This document shows, one piece after another, positions 51,843 to 62,030 of a stretch of DNA of 64,000 bases. A program made the translations under genes and the position numbers. The notes beneath the pieces are model-generated. The model saw only the letters and a program-made list of their open reading frames with translations. It ran no database searches and was not told the DNA's origin. The stretch comes from an uncultured Planctomycetales bacterium (GTDB lineage: Bacteria; Omnitrophota; Gorgyraeia; Zapsychrales; JANLHA01), in assembly GCA_964489065.1 (NCBI GenBank), contig CAZAXH010000002.1, positions 120,099 to 184,098 of the forward strand. Direction: 5' to 3'. Each line of letters opens with the position of its first letter. The stretch's first letter is position 1.

Positions 51843-53039
51843 ATGGGAAGAATCTGGACGTCAGAAACGGTCTGTCCGCTGACAGCGCATGTGGTCGGCG
51901 TCTTCCTTGTTTTCGTCATCTTGAGTTGCGTGCCTGTGAGCCAGGACGCGAGAGCAGAAGTACCCCAGCCCCAATTCAATGTCGGCTATCAGGTTCTTGA
52001 TCTCAAGTACCGGAAGGACGGGCAAGAGCAAGCCTTGACCGTGGCCGTCTGGTATCCGACTGCGGTGCAGCCAGAATCGTATAACTACGGGGGGCCCACA
52101 AGCGGCAATGTTGCCGTCGACGCCGCGCCCTGTGCCGACGGTGGTCCTTATCCTTTTTTGGCCTTTTCGCACGGGTACGGGGGTAGTGGACTCGGCGCAT
52201 TGTTCTTCACCGAAGCCCTCGCCGCTCGGGGTTGGATCGTGGCCTGCCCGGACCATCAAGACAAACATTCGGCCGTCCGCATACGGACCGGCCAAGAGCA
52301 GGGCTTCGACCGCCTTGGTTTGCTGCGGCACGCCAAAGAGATAGCCGCTTCCGGCCCCGGGAACCGGAGCAACTACCTGTACCGACTCGATGAGTTGAGA
52401 CTCGTGTTGGACGGCATGTTGACTTCCGATCCTTTTGGGAAACTCATTGACAGAGATCGCATCGCTGTCGGTGGGCACTCTTTTGGAGGATTCACTGCCT
52501 TGGGTCTTTGCGGGACCATCAAGGAACGCCATGATCCCCGCATTAAGGCCGTATTGTTATTTTCGACGGGGGCCGGTGGTTATCTGTTCACGGAGGACGA
52601 GCTTGCCGCCGTGCGGATTCCATCGATGCTGTTCATGGGAGAGCGGGAAGAAGACCAACGTCGCGGCTTCGAAACGATGTCGGGGCTTTCGGCCAAGATA
52701 TACCGAAACGTATCGTCGCCGAAGTACTTCCTTGAGGTTAAGGGCGCCAGCCATTTTTCGTTCAACAATCGCTTCGCGGACAACCGCAGGACAAAGCTGT
52801 TGAGCGGCACGGAGGAACAGTTCGAGGTTATCCGGCGGTACGCGATTGCTTTCTTGGAGAAGCACGTCGCAGGAAAGAGAGGCGATGGTCAGGTGCTGGA
52901 GCGGAGTAATCCACGGCTCACACGCTATGTCAGGGAACCAAACCCGGTCGCATCCAAACAAGACGTGGATGCGCCGGAGGAGAGGATGCGACGCGCCGGC
53001 CCACGCCCTCCAGCGGACGCGGATAAGCCGCGCCGCTGA
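51843..53039 (+). CDS. secreted alpha/beta hydrolase, PAF-acetylhydrolase/lipase-like
   Basis: Signal peptide, nucleophile elbow GHSFGG as in PAF-AH-like and chlorophyllase-like esterases, and a His near the C-terminus. GC-rich relative to its flanks. Start chosen at MGRIW; the track starts at 51786. Confidence 0.7.
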   Translation: MGRIWTSETVCPLTAHVVGVFLVFVILSCVPVSQDARAEVPQPQFNVGYQVLDLKYRKDGQEQALTVAVWYPTAVQPESYNYGGPTSGNVAVDAAPCADGGPYPFLAFSHGYGGSGLGALFFTEALAARGWIVACPDHQDKHSAVRIRTGQEQGFDRLGLLRHAKEIAASGPGNRSNYLYRLDELRLVLDGMLTSDPFGKLIDRDRIAVGGHSFGGFTALGLCGTIKERHDPRIKAVLLFSTGAGGYLFTEDELAAVRIPSMLFMGEREEDQRRGFETMSGLSAKIYRNVSSPKYFLEVKGASHFSFNNRFADNRRTKLLSGTEEQFEVIRRYAIAFLEKHVAGKRGDGQVLERSNPRLTRYVREPNPVASKQDVDAPEERMRRAGPRPPADADKPRR

Positions 53040-53070
53040 ACCCAAGCGTTATACTACAAGGAGGTTCGGA

Positions 53071-53385
53071 ATGACGTTCCCTTACAAAATAAACTTCGAT
53101 CAAATTGATTGGGATTCGCCAATGGCCGGATTAAGGCATAAATATATTGATCACGGCGGTCAGCGCATCCGGCTTGTGGAGTACTCACGGGACTTGCCCC
53201 CGCATTGGTGCGAAAAGGGGCATTGCGGTTATTTGATCAGCGGAAAAATGGAAATCGAATATCCTGACCGGACGATAATATATAATCAGGGCGATGGCAT
53301 ATTTATTCCAGATGGCCCGGCGCATAAGCACAAGGGCCGGGTGCTGTCAGAGCAGGCTTTGGTATTTTTCATCGAGAAAGCGTAA
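53071..53385 (+). CDS. small cupin-fold protein
   Basis: ~104 aa with a two-motif cupin-like His/Glu pattern (HWCEKGHCGYLISGKMEIEY...GDGIFIPDGPAHKH). Confidence 0.5.
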   Translation: MTFPYKINFDQIDWDSPMAGLRHKYIDHGGQRIRLVEYSRDLPPHWCEKGHCGYLISGKMEIEYPDRTIIYNQGDGIFIPDGPAHKHKGRVLSEQALVFFIEKA

Positions 53386-53534
53386 CCTTCGGCTGTAGCG
53401 GGCCGTGATAGAATAAAAAGGAGAAAGCGTGAAGGGGCCGGTCCCCAAAAGGGGACAGGTCATCCGCACCTAACGGTGCTACATCAGGCCCCAGTGATTT
53501 CAGCAGTTAGAGGAATAATTTCAAAGGTGTATAG

Positions 53535-54032
53535 ATGAACACAGAAAATATTATTTTTCATCCGATTGGCATAATCCGTTCTCCACACCAGAAACTTTCG
53601 GATATTCCAATACAGCCAGTTTTTTCTGACGACATTAAAGGCTCGGTCGTGGTTGATCCTGAATTTGCCGAAGGCTTAATGGACCTGTGTGAGTTTTCCC
53701 ATATCTACCTGTTTTATTATTTCCACCAGTGTCAGGAAACATGTCTGCATGTAAAGCCGTATCTTTCAGACCAAGAGCATGGTGTTTTCGCGACACGCGC
53801 CCCGCATCGGCCCAATAAGCTGGGGATGAGTTTAGTCCGGTTGACAGAAGTGGAAGGGAATATCCTTCATATAAAAGACATAGATATACTGGATGGGACA
53901 CCCTTGATTGATATAAAGCCGTATATACAACGGTTTGATTCAAGAGAAAAGGTCCGGTCAGGATGGCAGGATCTTGTGTCTGACAACACCGCGGCCATCC
54001 GGGGATTAAGGAATTATAAGAAACAAAAATAG
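53535..54032 (+). CDS. TsaA/TrmO-like SAM-dependent tRNA methyltransferase (YaeB/UPF0066 family)
   Basis: Family-typical N-terminus IGIIRSPHQ, ...VDPEFAEGL...SHIYLFYYFH and a C-terminal GTPLIDIKPY motif. Confidence 0.75.
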   Translation: MNTENIIFHPIGIIRSPHQKLSDIPIQPVFSDDIKGSVVVDPEFAEGLMDLCEFSHIYLFYYFHQCQETCLHVKPYLSDQEHGVFATRAPHRPNKLGMSLVRLTEVEGNILHIKDIDILDGTPLIDIKPYIQRFDSREKVRSGWQDLVSDNTAAIRGLRNYKKQK

Positions 54033-54104
54033 GCCCGCCAACACCGCTCTGGGCACAGCCTGTGACATAAAGAAATTACCAGATAATGGGATGGGGTTAT
54101 CGAT

Positions 54105-54803
54105 ATGAGCAAAAAATTTATATTATTGACTGTGATAATATGTGTTTCCTGGGCGGGGTTCCTGATAGCAGCCGCCGGCCGCTTAAAAGCTACATCGGCC
54201 AACGCCCCTTACCTTGAACCCCTCGCGGATACGGAATACGAAGCCATGATTGCCAAAACAGTGCATGAACAAATAAATGGCAAGCCTGTCCCGATTTATT
54301 ATCTCTGGTTTACGGAGGATAAACATCCGGGCCCTTTAAAATTATTGCGTTTTCTTGCCGCAAAACAAAAGGTGATCGTGCAGCCCCTCGCCGGGTCCAG
54401 CCGTTCTTCAAAACCAGGAATATATAAGGGGTGGATCGGAAGGGACGATATGGATGAATTGGTTAAATATGCGGAATCGAATCAGCCGGCCGCCGCCTTT
54501 GTGTCAGGCTTAACTCCCTTCGCCCCTAAATCCACGGTGGGGAAAGAAGCTGTCCTCATGATAGAGGCGTATCGCGCGAGGCCTTATCCTGTCGGTTCGG
54601 GGGACAGTTTTCCCCTCAATGTTCTCGGCAGGAACGCGTTTTTTAAAGAAACAAGCCAGGAAGACCGCGCTCGGGAAATTCTGGAATGGTGGGGCATAGA
54701 AAAGAACAAAGCCGGGGAAAAGGCCTTTTCTGTCGAATTGGAAACAACCCCTGATAGCCATCCCGGCGAGGATGATTCAAACGCGGCTATGGGGTGGGAT
54801 TGA
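54105..54803 (+). CDS. hypothetical secreted protein
   Basis: Signal peptide; 232 aa; no motifs recognised. Confidence 0.45.
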   Translation: MSKKFILLTVIICVSWAGFLIAAAGRLKATSANAPYLEPLADTEYEAMIAKTVHEQINGKPVPIYYLWFTEDKHPGPLKLLRFLAAKQKVIVQPLAGSSRSSKPGIYKGWIGRDDMDELVKYAESNQPAAAFVSGLTPFAPKSTVGKEAVLMIEAYRARPYPVGSGDSFPLNVLGRNAFFKETSQEDRAREILEWWGIEKNKAGEKAFSVELETTPDSHPGEDDSNAAMGWD

Positions 54804-54921
54804 TTGAGATTATTCAAGATTATATTCGTAAAATCAAACGATAATCGATTTTATTCCTGCCACTTTATTCCCGCCACCACTCAAAAGGACTGATAGATTC
54901 TTGTTTCTTGCCCAAAACACC

Positions 54922-54929
54922 TGTATAAT
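54922..54929 (+). promoter_or_regulatory. extended -10 element TGTATAAT just upstream of the transglutaminase-like gene
   Basis: TGnTATAAT lies 9 nt before the ATG at 54938 with no intervening RBS, suggesting a leaderless-type start. Confidence 0.35.
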
Positions 54930-54937
54930 TGACTATT

Positions 54938-56866
54938 ATGAAAAAATTCTCCCGCCTGTGTTCTGCCGCTTTCTTGGTCGGTCTTGTGTTCTGTACACTC
55001 TCTTCCGCGGAGAATGATTCCCCCTTCCGGGACTATACTCACCCGGAGAAAATGCCGATCCTTGTCTGGGCCGAGATTGTCGAAGACCTCCCGTATTATT
55101 TCCTGGAAGAGACCCGGGAGGCAGAGCTGAACGACGATTGGTCGATCGAGGAGCGGCTGCACTACCGTCTGAAAATCCAAAAAGAGTTGGCCAAGGAGCA
55201 GGGCGAACAAAGGCTTTATTATAATAACAGCCGGGAGGAGATCACGGATATCCAGGCGTTTGTGGAAACCCCGGATGGGAAGAAATACCCGTTTACCAGC
55301 ATCCAGGATCTGGATGTTGTTCAGGAAACGCCCATGTATTCAGACCTGAAGGTCAAGGTGATCACACTCCCGCAGGTGAATATCGGCAGTGTTATTGACG
55401 TGACGGTGACGTCCCGCATGAGCCGGGACGCGATCCCGGACCAGTTTTCCCGTATTGAAACATATCCGGAGATCCCGCATCAGGTATATAAAGCGACGTA
55501 CACCTGGTCTAAGGATAAAAATATCCTCGTCAAACCTTATCGGACTACGTTAAGCCCGGTAAATTCGGAAAAGGACGGAAAAATAAGCTATACATTTGAA
55601 TATAAACGGACGTTTCCTATTCAGGGGACAGAGCCGTTCCTGCCGCCGTACAATGAGGTTTTTGGTTTTTTCTCCATTTCCTCGCTTAAGGATTGGCAAT
55701 CCGTGGCGGATTGGTACCGGGACCTCATTCAGAAGAATATCCGGGACGACGAAAATATACGTCGGAAAGTTAATGAATTGTGTGCCGGGAAAGCCTCCCA
55801 GGCCCGGAAGGCCAGAGCGGTCCTGGAGTTCTTGCAGGACAACATGCGTTATGTGTCCATGTCTTTTGGGGAGCATACGGTTGAGCCGCACCCCACGGAC
55901 GAAATTTTTAACAACATGTATGGGGATTGTAAGGACTGGTCTCTTTTAGCCAAGCAGATGTTGAATATCGCCGGGATTAAGGCCGACCTCTGTTTGTTCA
56001 ATGATGAACTCGCCGGAGACCCCCAGTGGGGCTTGCCGTCGGTTTCTTTGTTTGACCATGTGATCCTGGAGGTGGAGCTGGACGGCAAGAAGTTTTTTGT
56101 GGACCCGCAGCTTAAGAATTTCGATTGGGGCCAGTACCCGCAGGAGTATAATAACGCCTATCTCTTGGTCATTCAGGACGAGGGGTATCGTTTTGCCAAC
56201 ATCCCGGTGGCCTCGGTGAAAGAGACAAAGAACCTTTATAAGATCCTGTGCCGCCTGAACGTCGCCGGGGCGGCTTCTTATGATGTGATTGCGCGGCTGA
56301 ACACGGAGGTGTCGAATTATATCCGGCTCCTGTGGCGCAATATCCCCCAAGAAAGCAAAGGCAGATTTTTTGAGGATATTGAAGCCCAATTCGCCAGGGG
56401 CGGGCAATTGACCAATCCCAAATTAGACGGCGTTGATGCCCGCTATGGTCCGGTGCTCTTGAAGTTTAACGTCCGCGCCCCGCACGCGTATCAGAAGACA
56501 AATGAGATGATCATCTTGAGCGAGCCGGTCGCGCAGTATTTCCCGAACCCCTTTTCCTCCCGGGACCGGATTTACCCGGTGTTTATCCCCGGTGAAGAAA
56601 TCCACCGTATCCTGGTTGTGTATTCCATCCCCGAGGGGTATGCTGTGGACTATGTCCCCAAGGATTTCAACCTGGAGAATGAGGTTTTTAGGTTAAGCCG
56701 TAAAACGGCCGTCAGTGGTTCACGCATCGATGTGAATTATCTCTTCCGGACGAAACGGGCCCGTGTCTCCCGGGAGCGTTATCCGGAAATGCTGAAAGTC
56801 TGGCGTGTTTATGGCAGGGAAATCCGCAACGCGATTATTTTAAAGGCCAAAAATAGGGGGCGGTGA
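54938..56866 (+). CDS. DUF3857-like plus transglutaminase-like cysteine-protease-fold protein, secreted
   Basis: Signal peptide. Transglutaminase core Cys motif MYGDCKDWSLLAKQMLNIAGIKADL with downstream H and D. The N-terminal beta-rich domain is typical of DUF3857-transglutaminase proteins. Start chosen at ATG 54938; the track used TTG 54929. Confidence 0.7.
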   Translation: MKKFSRLCSAAFLVGLVFCTLSSAENDSPFRDYTHPEKMPILVWAEIVEDLPYYFLEETREAELNDDWSIEERLHYRLKIQKELAKEQGEQRLYYNNSREEITDIQAFVETPDGKKYPFTSIQDLDVVQETPMYSDLKVKVITLPQVNIGSVIDVTVTSRMSRDAIPDQFSRIETYPEIPHQVYKATYTWSKDKNILVKPYRTTLSPVNSEKDGKISYTFEYKRTFPIQGTEPFLPPYNEVFGFFSISSLKDWQSVADWYRDLIQKNIRDDENIRRKVNELCAGKASQARKARAVLEFLQDNMRYVSMSFGEHTVEPHPTDEIFNNMYGDCKDWSLLAKQMLNIAGIKADLCLFNDELAGDPQWGLPSVSLFDHVILEVELDGKKFFVDPQLKNFDWGQYPQEYNNAYLLVIQDEGYRFANIPVASVKETKNLYKILCRLNVAGAASYDVIARLNTEVSNYIRLLWRNIPQESKGRFFEDIEAQFARGGQLTNPKLDGVDARYGPVLLKFNVRAPHAYQKTNEMIILSEPVAQYFPNPFSSRDRIYPVFIPGEEIHRILVVYSIPEGYAVDYVPKDFNLENEVFRLSRKTAVSGSRIDVNYLFRTKRARVSRERYPEMLKVWRVYGREIRNAIILKAKNRGR

Positions 56867-57633
56867 TGACGATAAAAAAATACTCCATTGGACTTGCCGG
56901 ACCGGGGTGGATGATAGCGTCTTTGATTTTAGCGGCCGTGGCCTATGCGGACAGAGTGACATTAAAAAGCGGGCGCGTTATCGAGGGAGATATTGTCGCG
57001 CGCGGCGCGGACTTTGTGACGCTCCAGAGCGACGATACCTTTTTCAAAGTCCGTTACAGCCAGATGAGCGAAGAATCTGAAGCGCTGCTTAAAGGAGAGG
57101 GCGTGTCCGTTAAGGAGGTGATTTCCGCGGAAGAGGTTTTGGAGAAGCTGGCGATGGAACTGGGGAAGGACGAGTGGGGGAAGCGGGTGACGGTTTATAA
57201 AGATTATTTTAGCCAGGTGAGAGAGATGCAGGTCCAGTTTGTTCTGATCATGCTGCAGTCAGCCGTGAGAATCAACCAATCCCTGAACAGAAAGAATGTC
57301 CGGATCGGGGAAAAGATCGCCCAGGAAACATATCAGCAAGTGCTTCATCTCAAGGGCCGGATGGAAGAATTGGCGCCCTTGGAGGAACTGCGCCCCTTTC
57401 ATGAAAAAGTGATTAACACGTTCGTGCTGACGCTCAAGTCGATTGACGCCTGGTCCCTGGGGGACAGCAATATTTATCATAGCTATAACAAGAAGGCCGT
57501 GGAGGCCATGATCGCGTCCATGGAGGAGTATTCGCTGTTTATTGAACTTCTGGGCAGTTCTCCGGAGGAAATCCAGGGCGCGCGTGCGGCCACCGCCCAG
57601 ATGAAGGCGCAGTTGGAGCAGATGTATTATTGA
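56863..57633 (+). CDS. hypothetical lipoprotein/secreted protein
   Basis: GTGA overlap with the upstream gene. N-terminal hydrophobic segment; the remainder is helical. Confidence 0.45.
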   Translation: MMTIKKYSIGLAGPGWMIASLILAAVAYADRVTLKSGRVIEGDIVARGADFVTLQSDDTFFKVRYSQMSEESEALLKGEGVSVKEVISAEEVLEKLAMELGKDEWGKRVTVYKDYFSQVREMQVQFVLIMLQSAVRINQSLNRKNVRIGEKIAQETYQQVLHLKGRMEELAPLEELRPFHEKVINTFVLTLKSIDAWSLGDSNIYHSYNKKAVEAMIASMEEYSLFIELLGSSPEEIQGARAATAQMKAQLEQMYY

Positions 57634-57738
57634 TGAGTTGTTTCTTAACATGCTGTGCCGTCGCGGACTATTAAATAATATGCGTTATAAAATTGCTAAA
57701 GAAGTTTAATATTATTTTTAGAAAGGAGAAGGAGAGGA

Positions 57739-58263
57739 ATGTTCAGATTAATTATTTTAGTTTTAGTGGCCGGGATCCTGGCCGGCGGCGCGGCTTTCGC
57801 GCAGGGGGGGGCCGGGGCGCCCGATGTCAACCTGGCCGCGGAGGCGTTTTATAATAAAATTGACACAACCACGGAATGGGGGAAATGGATGGTGGGCGTT
57901 TTTAAGCCGTATGCCGATAAGTTAACGGCAGAGGCCCTCGTCACGATTTTCCCGGTGACACAGATTGACCCGGCCGGGTTATCCCGGGAGGAACTCATGA
58001 GAAAGGTCACGGCCGGTTATGCGGATTATTATAATGCGCTGCAAAAGATCGCCCCGCCTGAAGAGCTGAAAGCCTATCACAGCAAAGTATCGGAAGTCTA
58101 TGCTGTGATATCAAAAAATATTCCCGCGACTCCCGAGCAGTCCCTTGATATGGAAATAACAATAAAGAAGTTATATGATGAAGCCATGCAGGAAATCGTG
58201 AACGTGTTAAAAAGCCGGGGAGTCCCTCCGGACGTTATCGAGGAATTTACAAAGACGCTGTAG
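57739..58263 (+). CDS. hypothetical secreted protein
   Basis: RBS AAGGAG and a signal peptide (...GGAAFAQG). Confidence 0.45.
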   Translation: MFRLIILVLVAGILAGGAAFAQGGAGAPDVNLAAEAFYNKIDTTTEWGKWMVGVFKPYADKLTAEALVTIFPVTQIDPAGLSREELMRKVTAGYADYYNALQKIAPPEELKAYHSKVSEVYAVISKNIPATPEQSLDMEITIKKLYDEAMQEIVNVLKSRGVPPDVIEEFTKTL

Positions 58264-58299
58264 GCCTGAAAGGATACGGGGCGCGGGATAAAGAGAGCC

Positions 58300-58345
58300 G
58301 CAAGTTATTTTAAAATGATAATTTGCGGCTTTTGTTTTTATGCTA
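58300..58345 (+). terminator. rho-independent terminator
   Basis: AGCCGCAAGTT...AATTTGCGGCT hairpin followed by TTTTGTTTTT. Confidence 0.55.
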
Positions 58346-58517
58346 AATTAATAAGGTGTTTCCTTTTTGGACGAAGATTTTTCAGGGGATACCCGTTGGC
58401 CGGGGAAAGCAGAATAAGAAGGGGATATTGGTCGAATACCCTGTAGCTTGGTGCTACGGTTCATTCAGTCCAGAGCTTGCTTTGGGGTTTATCCATTTGA
58501 TTTAAAAGGAGCGTGTC

Positions 58518-58940
58518 ATGGAAGTATCTAAAAAAGGTCTCCCGGGAGAGGGATGGGTGATCGCGAGCCATTTAAGCGTTCCCGCTTCGTTTTTTCTGCC
58601 AATCCCGTTTGCTTTCTTCCCCTTATTTATATGGGCGATCAAGAAAAAAGCCCCTTTTGTCCGGGAACAGGTAAAGCAAACGTTTAATTTCCAGATGACA
58701 CTTATCCTGTATCTCCTTGTATTTTTCGGCGTAGCTTTTTTGATCTGTTATTATTCCCGGGACCCTAACCTGTTCGCCGTAGGGTGGATTTTCCCTATGA
58801 TATTTTATTTTGTGGAGTTCTTGTTCTCCGGCATTGCCGTTCTTATGAAGATCGCAAATTTAGAGACCTTCGATTATCCCTGGACCATCGAGTTTATAAA
58901 AGAGAAAAACTGGCGGTTGTTGAAGGCGGATGGATTGTAG
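58518..58940 (+). CDS. DUF4870-like small membrane protein
   Basis: 140 aa with 3-4 TM helices and a conserved N-terminal region (ASHLS.P.S.F...P...IW...KK.PFV). Confidence 0.5.
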   Translation: MEVSKKGLPGEGWVIASHLSVPASFFLPIPFAFFPLFIWAIKKKAPFVREQVKQTFNFQMTLILYLLVFFGVAFLICYYSRDPNLFAVGWIFPMIFYFVEFLFSGIAVLMKIANLETFDYPWTIEFIKEKNWRLLKADGL

Positions 58941-58982
58941 GGATAAACAGCGGTTTGTCATAATTCAACCCAGGAGGTTTTT

Positions 58983-61900
58983 ATGGAGGCTGTCAGCGTC
59001 AATAAACCCATGAGGATGTTGGCCGTGACCGGGTTCTTTTTTGCCTGTCTTGTTTTTTACTTTGTCAATTCCATGTCCTCCGATGGTAATTATTTCGTCC
59101 AGCCCGATAACCGGGCCGGGCTGCTGGCCGTGGGAATAGTTTTTATGATTATAAACTCCACGGTGCATACCGGTTTCTGGAGAGGGGAAAGGTGGGGGTT
59201 TTATTTTTATAGCTTTTTTTGGGTGCTTTTGACTTCCATCCTGGGGGACACGGAAGACCTGGGTTCCCGGCCCGACGCGTATGTGCAATGGTTCCCCGTT
59301 TTATTCCTGATTGCCGGAGGCTTTATTGTTCTGCCCTGGCACCCCGCTTTCCGGCTTAAGTTTTTCCCTGACAGGTCGTGGCCCCAGTTCGTCGTTAGCT
59401 ATATGGTGTTATTCTGTTATTGGATGGTTGCGCTGCTGGGAGTCGTCGGCCTTTTCATGATGGGGATGTTAATTTTTTATAAGATTCTTGGAGCCCCTGT
59501 GCTTTCCTGGCAGATTCTTCTCGTGGGGGGAATGTTGGGGGGCATCTCTGTTCTGTTCTGGCTTCTGGCGAGAGGGCTCTCCCGGCGTAAACGTTGGGCG
59601 TATGTCGTTGTCGTTGTATACCTTGTGGGGTTGTTATTCTCTATATACTCCGACGATATGAAATGTTTTTCTTTCTCTTTCTGGCAATACTATTTCCCGT
59701 CGTTGCTGTTCATGGCTTTCGTGGGTGGATTCCTGGGCCTTTTCTTGGGCACTCCTGTCCGCGACCTGTTTTTTAAGCGGCTGCAACCGGACAGCCCGTC
59801 CGCCGGTACCGCTTCTCTCCCGAAGGAGGATGCCACCGGGACAAAGCCGAATATTAAAAGGATTTTTACGATCGCAGGCATGCTTTTCTTGGCGGCCGGC
59901 TTGGCCATCACGGCGATTTTTTTATGGAAAAAGGACGAAATAGCTGTCTTTTCCCAAGAGCTTTTTCCTTGGCTGGGCCTGGAACAAAAGTTCGAGAAAA
60001 CAGGAGTGCCTGAATTCCCGCGAGTCTTGTCGGTGGACAAGAAGAATGAAACCGTGAAAGTGAATATCGGCCAGGATTGGGGGCTTAAGCCCGGGGATGT
60101 GTTGAAAATTTACAGAGGGGAGGATTATAAGGGCGAGATGACGGTCAGCGAGGTCTTGCCGCAGGGTTCTTGGGCCAGGCCTGTTTTGCCGTTAACGGCT
60201 AAGGACATCCGGGCCAGGGATAATATTGTGTGTGAAACCCCGTTATTTTATTACAAACGCGGTGATATTTATTTGTCTTTGCGCCAGAACAGCGCGGCCC
60301 GGGAGGATTATGAAAAAGTGGCCCAACTGGAGGCCAGGTCGCCGTTGCACGCTTTAGGGTTGGGCAAACTCGCTTATGCCAGCCAGCAATATTCCCAGGC
60401 GCTCTCTTTTTTGGATAAAGCCATCGCCGCTGACTCCGGGCTCGCCGAAGCCTATTATCAGCGCGCTTTGGTTTTTTATGCCATGCAGGACCTGGCGCAG
60501 CCTTTGGCCGACCTTTCAAAGGCTATAGAGCTGAAGCCGGACTTTGTCGAGGCCTACAGGCTGCGGCTGGAGATCAATATCAAGGCGAGCCGGTTTGAGG
60601 AATGCAAGGCGGACATCAGTCGGTTGGAGGAACTGCGCGCTGCGGTCGATCCGTCCATCCTTCAGCAGCTAGAGACCGATTCCGGCAAATTGCGCGTGAC
60701 CCAAAGCCCAGCGGGCTCTCGAACGGCCAAACCTCAAACGATTATCTTGCCGGAAGGCCGTGCTTTTCCGTGGCAAGATCCGGCCGGCTGGCGGCGGGTT
60801 TCTTTTAGCGAGGCGACGACAGGGCAGCTCGTCCCCATCAATCTTGAGTTTATTGTTCCGGATAGCTATGTTTCCGCATCGGGGGACTCCTGGTCTTTGT
60901 GGGGGGATCCTAATGATATAAAAAGAATCTCGAAAGACATGCAAGACCCCAGTTCTTTGTTTTATGCTGACAAGCCGTTATTTGATTTTTTTTATTCCAT
61001 GACTGTCGCATATTTCGAGGATACTGGCAGGTTCAATATTGAGCAAAACAAAGGAAGCTCAAAAGCATCGGCGGGTTCAAAATGGCAAAGGACATCCATC
61101 GGCGGGTATCCGGCCTTGATTTCGATGGATGATTACAATGGCCGGACTTTGTATAGCTGCCATATCGCCACAATGATGGCGACCAATGTCGTGACGTTTT
61201 CCGTGGTTTCGGGGAAGTCTTCCTCCCCGGAAGACAATGAATCGACGTGGATGACTTTCCTGAAAGGGATCCGGAGGCCGCGGTTCAAGGCGCCGTCCCT
61301 GGAAGGGGAAGACGCCGCGGAAACCTTACAAAGAGTGAGGGCCGCATTAATTCCCGAAGGGCGGAAAGCAAAAATCGGGATTGCGTTAAAAATCATGGCC
61401 GGTCCGGAAAGCGCCGCTGAACGTCCGGTCTTTGCGCAGGATATCCTGTTGACCCAGGGGGAACAGGGATTCGAACAGATGGACATCCAAGGCAGGGTTT
61501 CCGGTGAGGCCATCGTTACCCGGGAAGGGAATATTTCTAATATTGAAGCTTGGGAATTCCCTGTCCCCAAGATTGACGAAGAGAAAATTATCCGTGAAGG
61601 GGATCGGGTTAAGGTAGAAGTTACCAATGACGGCCAGAGCTTTTCCAGTGAAGTCCCTTTCCAGGAATTCGGAAAATATTCTCCGGCCTTGGCCTTGCTG
61701 GGCGGCCAGCCTTTTGCCGCGACGCAGAAGGAACTCGTTGAGGATTTGCTGGATATGTATGATTTTAAACAAACGGAATCCGGTGATAAAATTATTTTAC
61801 ACGGTGTCGGTAATAAGGACCGTTTGAAAAGAAAGATGCCGGAAGGGACCTCCCGGGACCTCCCCGAATTTTATCATGACGTGGATTTGGCGGAGGAAGC

Positions 61901-62030
61901 TCTGCGGAATCACGGGAAGATCACGGTCACAATTAACCGGGAAACGTATGCCGTAGAGGAGTGCCTTATTGACGGCGAGCTGATCATGCAACCCATACAA
62001 ACCATAATTCGTTTTCAGACAGAAAAATAA
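58983..62030 (+). CDS. large polytopic membrane protein with extracytoplasmic TPR-repeat region
   Basis: 1015 aa with ~8 N-terminal TM helices, then TPR-like repeats (AYYQRALVFYAMQDLAQPLADLSKAIELKPDFVEAYRLRLEIN) and a long C-terminal soluble region. Confidence 0.6.
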   Translation: MEAVSVNKPMRMLAVTGFFFACLVFYFVNSMSSDGNYFVQPDNRAGLLAVGIVFMIINSTVHTGFWRGERWGFYFYSFFWVLLTSILGDTEDLGSRPDAYVQWFPVLFLIAGGFIVLPWHPAFRLKFFPDRSWPQFVVSYMVLFCYWMVALLGVVGLFMMGMLIFYKILGAPVLSWQILLVGGMLGGISVLFWLLARGLSRRKRWAYVVVVVYLVGLLFSIYSDDMKCFSFSFWQYYFPSLLFMAFVGGFLGLFLGTPVRDLFFKRLQPDSPSAGTASLPKEDATGTKPNIKRIFTIAGMLFLAAGLAITAIFLWKKDEIAVFSQELFPWLGLEQKFEKTGVPEFPRVLSVDKKNETVKVNIGQDWGLKPGDVLKIYRGEDYKGEMTVSEVLPQGSWARPVLPLTAKDIRARDNIVCETPLFYYKRGDIYLSLRQNSAAREDYEKVAQLEARSPLHALGLGKLAYASQQYSQALSFLDKAIAADSGLAEAYYQRALVFYAMQDLAQPLADLSKAIELKPDFVEAYRLRLEINIKASRFEECKADISRLEELRAAVDPSILQQLETDSGKLRVTQSPAGSRTAKPQTIILPEGRAFPWQDPAGWRRVSFSEATTGQLVPINLEFIVPDSYVSASGDSWSLWGDPNDIKRISKDMQDPSSLFYADKPLFDFFYSMTVAYFEDTGRFNIEQNKGSSKASAGSKWQRTSIGGYPALISMDDYNGRTLYSCHIATMMATNVVTFSVVSGKSSSPEDNESTWMTFLKGIRRPRFKAPSLEGEDAAETLQRVRAALIPEGRKAKIGIALKIMAGPESAAERPVFAQDILLTQGEQGFEQMDIQGRVSGEAIVTREGNISNIEAWEFPVPKIDEEKIIREGDRVKVEVTNDGQSFSSEVPFQEFGKYSPALALLGGQPFAATQKELVEDLLDMYDFKQTESGDKIILHGVGNKDRLKRKMPEGTSRDLPEFYHDVDLAEEALRNHGKITVTINRETYAVEECLIDGELIMQPIQTIIRFQTEK

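Noticed and set aside
53464-53471. 8-nt match (ccgcacct) to the tmRNA 3' end in the spacer before the TsaA/TrmO-like gene, considered as a possible attR direct repeat for a tmRNA-targeted island
   Set aside because: Eight nucleotides is within chance expectation for a ~4.5 kb region. No longer direct repeat of the tmRNA 3' end and no integrase gene were found, so the island boundaries remain undefined.
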